Assembly: GCA_951406725.2 (NCBI GenBank)
Contig: OX597836.1
Span: 12,338,001-12,402,000 of the forward strand
Direction: 5' to 3'
Length of the DNA stretch: 64,000 bases
Source of the DNA: Octopus vulgaris
Taxonomy: Eukaryota
The notes below the pieces were generated by a model. It saw only the letters and a program-made list of their open reading frames with translations. It was not told the DNA's origin and made no database searches. Shown here one piece after another: positions 54,599 through 64,000 of the stretch (positions are counted from its first letter, which is position 1; every line of letters starts with the position of its first letter). Made by a program: the position numbers and the translations under genes.

Positions 54599-55704
54599 TG
54601 TTATTATGAGTTCTTCTTTCAGTTTTGTTTATTTCTTGCTGTGTATCTTCCTGACTCCTTGGATTATTATTTTGGTTTGGCTCAGTTTCGGTCTTATTCC
54701 TGCTGGGATTCTTGTGGGTGGCAGGTTGCTAGTATTGTTACTGTTGTTGTTATTATTGGTTTTGTACTTTCTGGGTTTTTTTGTTGTTGCTTTTGTTACT
54801 TTGTCATTATATTTCTCTCTCTCTCTTCCTCTCTCTCCTACATTGGTCTAAAGAAACAATGACAACACCTGTGTGCTAGTGTGTGCGTGTGTGTATACAC
54901 ATGCATATAATATATATCCATAGACATATATATACACTTACGTATATATATATACATACATATAGACATATATATACACTTACATATATATATGTGTGTC
55001 ATCATCATTTTTATATTTCTCTCTCTCTCTCTTTATCTTTTTCTATCTTTCTCTCTTTCTCTTCTCTCTTCTTCCCTCCCTCTCTCTCTTCCTCTCTCTC
55101 TGTCTCTCCCTGACATCATCATCTTTCTTTCTTATTCTGTTTTTCCTTCTAACCCTTCCTCGTCTTCCTTATTTCTCTTTAGCCTTTCTTCTTCTCCTCC
55201 TCCTCCAACTCTGTGTCATTCTTTTCCTTCTTTCTTTCCCCACCTCTTTCTCTTCCTTCTTTTTCCTCCCTTTTCTTCCTTGCTTCCTTCTCTTCCGTTT
55301 TCTGTTTTCCTCTTCGTCTCGTCTTGTCTCCTTCCATCCGATTTTCCTTGTATCTTCCTTCCATCTTAACTTGTGATGACTAAAAATTAATAAATACAAC
55401 CCTTTCCTAGTAAACACAAACACTGCCCTGCAAGCTTCCCTACGCCCCCACAAACCCACCCACCCTCCACTTGCATCCACCCTCACCCCACCCCACCCCC
55501 ACCCAAGAAAGAGTTTTACTTCAAACTGTTGGTCTTCAAAATTTTTTGCTGAGTTTAACAAAAAAATGTTCCTATTTTGTATATATGTTTAGGTGATCTG
55601 TCAGCAGGTGGGGGAGTGGGAAGGAGGGTGGAGGTGGAGGAGCTGTAAACTTTTTTTTTTGCGGTTGGGTAGTGCAGCTTCCTTGCATCTCTCGCTGGAT
55701 CTTG

Positions 55705-56723
55705 AGTGATGACGGTGGTGGTGGTGGTGGTGGTGATGGTAGCGAGGATGATGTTGGTGATGATGGTAACGGTGGTGGTGGTAGCGATGATGATGATGGT
55801 GGTGGTTCTGGTGATGATGGTAGTTGGTGGTGGTGTTGATGGTGGTTCTGGTGATGAAGTTAACGATGGTGGTAGTGATGGTAACAATGATGGTGGTGGT
55901 TGTGGTGTTAGTTATGATGATAATGATAATGCTGGTGATGGTAGTAATGATGATAATGATGGTGGAGATGGTGATGATGATGATGATGATGGTAGTGTAG
56001 TTATGATGTTTATCCGTAGGGCTTTTGTTTCCTTTTCTTTTTTTCTCATTTTTTCCTCGTGATTTTGTTCCAAACAATGCTTTAGGGCCCTTGTAGCCTA
56101 AGGACCACAAAGAAAAAAAGAAGAAGGTACTTATAGATTCAAAAAACGAAAGCTTGACCCTTTAGCATTCAAACTGGTCGTATCCAGCCAAAATATTCCA
56201 CCTGTATAGTGTTCAAACTGGCCATATCTGGCCTCTCACACCTATCCTACAATGTCATTATAAAAGTAAAACAATCACATCATTTGCACCGGCACTGTTA
56301 GTACAGGTGATATTGGCAGTGGTGGTTGTTGTCTTGGTGGTGGTGGTGGTAGTAGCACATTAAGTGGGATAGTTGTCTAGACATGAGCAGTGTTAGGTGG
56401 TGGTGGTGATTGAGTGGGTAATGACAATGAAGATGGTAACATCAACGATGGTATAGGATGGTTTGTAAGATGAGAGCCATGATGCTACTGATGATGATGA
56501 TGATGATTATTGTGGTGGTGGCAGTTTTGGTCATCATTGTCGTGACAGTTGTTGTTGGTGGTGGTGGTGGGGTGGTTAATGATGGTGAGGATGATAGCAT
56601 TGATGGTGACGGTATAGGATGGTTTGTGAGAGAGCGACAATGATGATGATGATGATGATGATCGCAGTGGTAGTGGTGATGGTCATCGTCATTGCCATGG
56701 TGACTATTGCTGTAGTTTTGTTG

Positions 56724-56755
<32 letters not shown>

Positions 56756-57475
56756 GGTAGTGGTGACCACGATTATAACCTTGATCATACAGGATTGTAT
56801 GAATGATTGAGAGCTGTGCTGGTGATGATGATTATGATGATAATCATAATGATGGTTATCATTTGGTGGTGGTGGTGGTCATATTTGATATGGTTGTAGT
56901 GATGATGATGATGATGATGTAGTAGAGATGTCTCGTTGTAAGCAATATTAATTTAGTGGTGGCAGTAAAGGTTACAGTACAGGTAGTAGTGGTGGTGATG
57001 GTGATGGTGGTGGTGGTTATGTAGGATGGTTATCTGTCTACATGAGAGCAATCATAGAATTGATGTTCTTGATGATAATGATGATGATGATGATGATTAT
57101 GGTTGTGGTGGTAGTGGTGGTCATGGAGTATGTTGGACAGTTGCAGAGACAAGAGCTGTGCTGATGGTGATGGCGATGGTGATGGTGGTTGTGGTGGTAC
57201 TGGAGAGTTTTCTGTCTATACAAAAGTAATTGTAGAGGTTTGTGGTAATGATGGTGATGGTGAAGGTGATGGTATTGAACAGTTACAGAGACGAGCGATG
57301 GTGGTGGTGGTGGTGGTGGTGGTGGCAGCGCAGAAGGGTTGCCTGTCTACACAAGAGTAATCATAGAGACTATGGGACTGATGATGATGATAATGATGAT
57401 GACAATGATGATGACAACGATGATGATGATGATTATGGTAGTGCTGGTTGTGGTGGTGGTGGTGGTGGTGGTGCC
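55705..57475. repeat. (GGT/GAT)n low-complexity field with recurring ~35-nt modules
   Basis: Trinucleotide tracts separated by related modules such as GGTATAGGATGGTTTGT and CTGTCTACACAAGAGTAATCATAGA. Confidence 0.85.
56153..56285 (-). mobile_element. TTAA-type MITE fragment
   Basis: Reverse complement of the 3' half of the 38028 family (TTGACCCTTTAGCATTC...CCTCTCACACCTATCCTACAATGTCATT). Confidence 0.75.
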
Positions 57476-59064
57476 TGCGATGCTATAGCGATAAGGTGTT
57501 TAGTCAGCGAAACTTTATTGTTGTCGTTCATAATCGGAGAATCAAGTTTTAAACATTTATGCATATGTATACATGTGCTTACATATGTGTATTCTTGCAC
57601 ACATGTATATGCATAGGTGTCTATATGTATTTGTATATGTGTGCGCCTTGTGCAAAATTTTCTGTTTTAGTACTTACCGAGATTAATTTTCATTGATTTG
57701 TATACTTAAACACCAATATTGTGGACCAGTACTGCATATATAAAAGCATATCTAGTTGTGCAGCTTTGTGTGTGTTTGTGTGTGAGGGGAGCGGGGTTGT
57801 GCGTGGACAGGATGGGGCACAAGGGGTGTGGTGGTGGGGGGCAGTGGTATATTGTCTGGAGTTTTAAGCCCCCTTCTCCACAAAGTTAAAGAGTAATTGC
57901 ACCGCACGTGCTTGGGTAATTAAAACATCGAGGTTTCACCCTTGTCTGATCTTGGCAGCCTTTCCTAGGAAGTGGAGGTCATACGCTAGTCTCCAATCTA
58001 TCTATCAGACAAAACGGCCCGGAGAAATTTGGTCATTTCCTCTGACACCCAACTCCCACCCCACCCCCACTCACCTCCATCATCTCCTGCTGTTGCTGCT
58101 GCCGGTGGTTTTAATGATATATTGGTCAATATAGAATTATGAATTGCACTGATGTCTGGCTAAAGTCTGGTTGTTTAGCCCCAGGTCAGTACTGATTGGC
58201 TGGACAGATCAATGATCTGTAGCATTCCAAGTGTGATCATACCATATTTTATCTTTTTTCTTTTTTTTTTTTTGTCATATTTTATTTTCAGGTTGTTTGC
58301 TATGTTCTCCTTTTATCTTTAACTTGTCCTGCTCAATGAACTGTGGCCATGCTGGGGCGATCACCTTAGAGGGTTTAGTTTAGACATAATGACTCCATTA
58401 TTTACTTTTTTTAAAGTTTGGTAGTGATCTTCCTTGGTCTCTTTCACTGAACCACTAAGTTACAAGCACATAAACAAACCAACACTAGGTGACACTAGTA
58501 ACTATCGCACTCGACTGGTACTTTTTACGTGCCACTGGCACGGAAGCCAGTCAGCTGCTCTGGCAACAATCACGCTTGGATGGCGCTCTTAGCGCTCCGC
58601 TGGCACAGGTGCCAGTGATCAAATGTGGCTGCAAAAGTGAACTTCTTAACCAGGGTGTGATTTCAAGGTGATTTAGCTGCTGTTTCTAGCAGATAGACTG
58701 TCCATTTATGAACACCCCGCCCCCCACATACATTTACCGTTGCCACCAGCATTTTGTCACCATATTTCTGTTGAAATATGAATTAGCTTTGCTCCAATTA
58801 ATTTTGAAAACTAATGAAGAATTAAAAATTTAGCAACACAAATTTCTTGTTATTATTAACCTGGCGTTTGGAACATAAATTAACGAGAAAATTTGGTGGA
58901 AGGTTTTAATTTATTTGACTTTAGAACAGGTGGTTTTCATATCATAAAACCATAAAATGACTCAGTCATACAATATTTAACCCTTTTGTTGCCGTATTTC
59001 TGTAGAACTGCATTGCTTTCATTCCAGCTAATTCTTAAATAACAAAGTATTTAGATTTTAGTGG

Positions 59065-59700
59065 ATGTGTGGTAAGAAACTTGCTTCCCAATCACATGGT
59101 TCCGGGTTCAGTCCCACTACATGGCAATTTGGACAAGCCTCTCCTACTTTTTTTTTTTTTTTTTTTGCCTACAAGGGGCGAAACATAGAGGGGACAAACA
59201 AGATCAGACAAAGGGATTAAGTCGATTACATCGACCCCAGTGTGTAACTAGTACTTTATTTATCAACCCCGAAAGGATGAAAGGCAAAGTTGACCTCGGC
59301 GGAATTCGAACTCATAACGTAATGGCAGACGAAATACTGCTAAGCATTTCACACAAGGGGCTAAGCACAGAGGGAACAAACAAGGACAGATAAAGAGATT
59401 AAGTCGATTACATCGACTCCAGTGCATAACTAGTACTTAATTTATCGACCTCGAAAAGATGAAAGGCAAAGTCGACCTCGGCGGAATTTGAACTCAGAAC
59501 GTAATAGCAGACGAAATACTGCTAAGCATTTCGCCCGGCATGCTAACGTTTCTGCCAGCTCGCAGTTTCTTCTACTATAGCCTTGGGCTGACCGAAGCCT
59601 TGTGAGTGGACTTGACAGGTGGAAACTAAAAGAAGCCCATCATGTGTATGTGTCTTTGTGTCTGTTTGTCCCCTCACCTCCACACTTTAACAACTGATGA
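59065..59700 (+). mobile_element. Family A SINE split by a nested minus-strand family C dimer (about 59170-59563)
   Basis: Family A head at 59065-59145 resumes at about 59565 (TTCTACTATAGCCTTGGGC). Two family C units lie between. Confidence 0.8.
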
Positions 59701-59878
59701 CACGTAAAAGCACCCACTACATTTTCAGAGTGGTTGGTGCTAGGAAGGGCATCCAGCTTTAGAAACTCTGCCAGATCAGATTGGAGCCTGGTGCAGCCAT
59801 CTGGTTCACCAGTTGTCAGTCTAATCGTCCAACCCATGCCAACATGGAAAGCAGACGTTAAACAACGATGATGATGAT
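59700..59878 (+). mobile_element. Family B retroposon
   Basis: Core plus (GAT)n tail. Confidence 0.85.
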
Positions 59879-59899
59879 AATGTGGTAGGGTGGTGTAAA

Positions 59900-60232
59900 C
59901 GGGCAGTGTCAGAGCTATGCCATCGGGAACTTCGGTTCCTGGTAGGGCCACCCAAGGCAGATTGGTCTGACACCGAGCGGTATTAGGGCCACAGCCTAGC
60001 CAACGGGGCTCTGGTGAAAATTCCAAGAGGCGTCTGATTGGCAACCGGCGGCTTCGAGGTCATTTTGTCCTTATGTCTGTGGAGACTCCGCGGCAAACAG
60101 GGCGTCCCATCACTCGGGATATGCATGCAGGATGTCGGGGACCACTTGTGAATTCAATATCCCACAAAACTTCTTCTCGGAGAAGAAGCCGGCACAACCT
60201 GCCCTGGGTGAATGCAGTCAGTCACAAGTGCA
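59900..60232 (+). mobile_element. Probable RTE-clade LINE 5' UTR fragment
   Basis: GAGCTATGCCATCGGGAACTTCGGTTCCTGGTAGGGCCACCCAAGGCAGATTGGTCT resembles the motif I recognise from RTE/Expander 5' UTRs. GC-rich, with no RT ORF. Confidence 0.55.
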
Positions 60233-60530
60233 TGCCACCATCGGAGTGGTTGGTGCTAGCAAGGGCACCCAGCTGTAGAGCCTCTGCCAGATCAGATTGG
60301 AGCCTGGTGCAGTCATCTGGCTCGCCAGTCGTCTGTCAAATTGTCCAACCCATGCCAGCATGGAAAGCAGACGTTAAACGATAACGACGATGATGATGTT
60401 CCTTTTGAACCATGATGGGAATTGATACCTAGTCCCTCTTTGATCATACACTGGCTGGATCAAAGCTGACTCAGAGCTAAACAGCGCCAAGTGTAATCCA
60501 CCACAAGAGGTGACACAAATTCATCCAAGT

Positions 60531-60670
60531 CATCATCATCATTGTTCGACGGTGGTCGAGACAATGGAAATTGCCATGCTACGCCAGACTTCACGGTCCA
60601 TGATGGCATTACGGAGATCCTGTTGCTGGATGCCTGTATCCCTGGAGATTACATCAGGGTAGGAGAGTGT
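60531..60670 (-). mobile_element. RTE-clade LINE, 5'-truncated 3' end with long TSD
   Basis: Encodes TLSYPDVISRDTGIQQQDLRNAIMDREVWRSMAISIVSTTVEQ* (RTE 'DR..WR' C-terminal motif) followed by a (TGA)n tail. Flanked by direct repeats 60360-60530 and 60671-60851. Confidence 0.88.
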
Positions 60671-61459
60671 ATGGAAAGCTGACATTAAATGATGACATTG
60701 ACGACGATGATGATGATGTTCCTTTTGAATCATGATGGGAAATTGATACCTAGTCCCTCTTTGATCATACACTGGCTGGATCAAAGCTGACTCAGAGCCA
60801 AACAGCGCCAAGTGTAATCCACCACATGAGGTGAAACAAATTCATCCAAGTACGCCACATTCAAATGAGCTCAGTTGCAGGCTTGGCTCTCCATGAATTT
60901 ATCACCTTTCTCGATAGATTTATACGTTATCAGATGGTGTTATCAAGTCATATTTTTTATCACTTTATTTTTGCTTTGTCTTTGTTTTTTTTTTTTGTTT
61001 TGTTTTGTTTTATTTTGTTTTTTTGTGTTTTGTTCTTAATTCTTGTGTTGAACATTCTTTTAATCTTGCGTGTATGTGCTTTTGTCTGGAGTTTTAGAGG
61101 GAAAAAGACCATACGAGTGTGCACATGTGTATGTACACACACACACACACACACATTTAAGTACATATATTTACATCTACATAGATATTATACATAGAAA
61201 TACATATGTGTGTGTGTGTGTGTGTGTGTATGTATAAATATATATATATATATATAGTGTGTGCATGTCTGTGTATATATATGTATATATTATACAATGT
61301 ATAATATATATAAACGTATATATAATATATATATATATACATATATATACACACACAAATACATATATATATGTATATATACACATATAATTATATATAC
61401 ATATACATATATATGTGTATATATACATATACATGTATATATGTACACATGCATATACA

Positions 61460-61493
<34 letters not shown>

Positions 61494-61517
61494 AATATAT
61501 ATATACATATACATATA

Positions 61518-61571
<54 letters not shown>

Positions 61572-61576
61572 GTATG

Positions 61577-61614
<38 letters not shown>

Positions 61615-62114
61615 ATATAAATATATGTATTTATACATATACATATATATATGTATATATACATATACACTCACACACACATATACACGTGTGTGTGTGT
61701 GTCTGCATGTATACAGCTGTGTAGCTCTCATAACATCATAGCCCCACAGTCTGCCATCTGATGTGAGAAGTTATGTGTGTTCTATAAATTATGGACACTA
61801 CAGCGAACACAGCTAGAATATTCCGGAGGTGTCTGTTTTCTCTCGTCTGTTTTGCACAGAAGTAAATGGGGAAATGAAATGAAATTATTATTAATAAAGC
61901 TGTGCTGAATAAGGCACTTCGGCTTTTGTCTATGTGTGTAGGCTTGTATATACGCATAAATATGTATTGCTTTTCAAGTACGAGTCTTGTTGCTTTTGGT
62001 GACTATCACTAGTCTCCTGGAATTCTGTTTCATCTATATCTATCTATCTATCTATCTACCAACAGATAGACGGGTATTCATATTGCATGTGTGTGTCTGT
62101 GTATATATATATAT

Positions 62115-62525
62115 AAGTTAAGTTAAGTTAGTTAAGTTAATTTTTTGGCTCAAAAAGCAGAAAGCAAGGTCATGGAGTTATGTACAGGGTGATGTTCAGG
62201 CAAAGAGTTCAGGCCATTTGTGATCAAGGGAGACTTTGAACCGAGCGGTCGTCGGCATCTTCACTATCTCGTCTGGCAGCTTATTCCACAGACCCGCAAC
62301 CCGGACGGAGAAAGCTCCTCTCCTTCGATTGAGATGAAATCGTCGCAGGTAGAGCTTTTCGGAATAACCCCGCAGCCGACGCTCTGGAGCAGGAGTGAAG
62401 AACAGCTCTTTCGAGATGTTACACTTTCCGCTTATGATGTTGTGAGCAAGAATGAGATCACCACGGCGGCGGCGTTTTTCTAGAGAATGAAGGTCGAGCG
62501 TCTTCAGCCTTTCTTCATAGGACAA
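62115..62525 (-). mobile_element. CR1-clade LINE 3' end
   Basis: ORF 62196-62525 reads SYEERLKTLDLHSLEKRRRRGDLI...RGAFSVRVAGLWNKLP...LD. (TTAAC)n tail. Confidence 0.92.
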
Positions 62526-62781
62526 AGTTAAGTTAAGTTAGTTAAGTTAATTTTTGGGCTCAAAAAGCAAAAAGCAAGGCCATGTAGGGGGACATGGAGT
62601 TATGTATAGGGTGGTGTTCATGCAAAGAGTTCAGGCCATTTGTGATCAAGGGAGACTTTGAACCGAGCGGTCGTCGGCATCTTCACTATCTCGTCTGGCA
62701 GCTTATTCCACGGACCGCAACCCGGACGGAGAAAGCCCCTCTCCTTCGATTGAGATGAAATCTTCGCAGATAGAGCTTTTT
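62526..62781 (-). mobile_element. Second, shorter CR1 3' end in tandem
   Basis: Same tail, 3' UTR and last codons as 62115-62525. Confidence 0.9.
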
Positions 62782-62797
62782 GTATATGTATATATGT

Positions 62798-63108
62798 GGA
62801 AGCGTAATGGCCCAATGGTTAGGGCAGCGGAGTCATGGTTGTAGGATCGTGGTTTCGATTCCCAGATCGAGCGTTGTGAGTGTTTATTGAGCGAAAACAC
62901 CTAAAACCCCACGAGGCTCCGGCAGGGGGGTGGGGGGTGATCCCTGCTGTACTCTTTTGCCGCAACTTTCTCTCACTCTTTTTTCTGTTGGCCTGCTCGC
63001 TTAGCTAGTTGGGTGGCGTCATTTGAAGGCTAAAACAATGCGAAACGCGTTGTGAGCAGCGATGTGTAGCAACATCTAATAGCCTGGTCGATCACGGTGA
63101 TCATGTGA
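62798..63108 (+). mobile_element. tRNA-derived SINE (family D, tail 2)
   Basis: Head as in 48467-48851, with a different 3' tail ending GGTCGATCACGGTGATCATGTGA. Confidence 0.88.
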
Positions 63109-63154
63109 TATATATGTATGTATGTATATGTAGATAGATAGATATCCATCTATC

Positions 63155-63245
<91 letters not shown>

Positions 63246-63249
63246 GTAT

Positions 63250-63590
63250 ATCATCATCATCATTGTTTAACGTCTGTTTTACATGCTGGCATGGGTTGGA
63301 CAGCATGGGTTGGATGGTTTGACTGGGTTGACTGATAAGCCAGGAGGCTACACCAGGCTCCAGTCTGATCTCACATGGTTTCTACAGCTGGATACCCTTC
63401 CTTATGGCAACCACTCTGAGAGAGTAGTGGGTGCTTTTTACGTGCCACCGAAACGGGAGACAGTCAGGTGCCACTGGTATCAGCCACGTTTGAATGGTGC
63501 TTTTTATGTGCCACCAGCGCGAGGAGCCAGTCAGGTGGCACTAGCAATGACCCACGCATGAATGGTGCTTATTATGTGCCGCTAGCATAT
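63250..63590 (-). mobile_element. Family B retroposon
   Basis: (CAT)n tail, core and TGGTGCTTTTTATGTGCC modules. Confidence 0.8.
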
Positions 63591-63663
63591 ATATATATAT
63601 ATATATAGGGAGAGAGGGAGAGATTCACAGATATTTATATATATATATATATATATATATTTT

Positions 63664-63949
63664 ACGTGACCGACCAGACCATCAGATGTTGTTACACATC
63701 GCTGGTCACAATGCATTCGCATTATTTTAGCCTTCGAATGACGCCACCCTGCTGGCTAAGCGAGCAGGCCAACAGAAGAAAGAGTGGTGAGAGAGTACAG
63801 CTGGGATCACCCCCCCCCCCCCGCCGGAGCCTCGTGGAGCTTTAAGGTGTTTTCGCTCAGTAAACACTCACAATGCCCGGCCTGGGATTCGAAACCGCAA
63901 TCCTACGACTGCGAGTCCGCTGCCCTAACCACTGGGCCATTGCGCCTCC
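63664..63949 (-). mobile_element. tRNA-derived SINE (family D, tail 2)
   Basis: Reverse complement of 62798-63108. Confidence 0.9.
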
Positions 63950-63957
63950 ACATATAC

Positions 63958-64000
<43 letters not shown>

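Noticed and set aside
54368-54862. 164-aa and 157-aa GC-rich ORFs
   Set aside because: They are antisense read-through of the 28S fragment plus SINE tail and low-complexity sequence.

Overview
Eukaryotic, AT-rich, extremely microsatellite-dense non-coding DNA, either intergenic or part of a very large intron. The repeat families look like those I recognise from octopus genomes: tRNA-derived CORE- and Meta-type SINEs, RTE-tailed SINEs, CR1 and RTE 3' ends, and TTAA MITEs. That taxon call is pattern recognition, not a database result. No intact protein-coding gene is supported. Nearly all listed ORFs are translations of (AT)n/(GT)n/(TTA)n tracts or of SINEs, and the only credible protein signal is truncated CR1 and RTE reverse-transcriptase C-termini. 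The most notable items are: (1) at least four Penelope-type type-I hammerhead ribozyme motifs with long AU-rich stem II and 6-nt stem III, best at 45735-45819; (2) a 190-bp 28S rRNA fragment inserted into a SINE tail with no poly(A) or conventional TSD; (3) an RTE 3' fragment flanked by a ~170-180-bp target-site duplication; (4) several + strand polypyrimidine-AG|GT sites suggesting recursive splicing or microexons; (5) a MITE-derived 108-bp satellite; (6) a close inverted SINE pair that could be an A-to-I editing substrate. Repeat boundaries were read by eye and are approximate.
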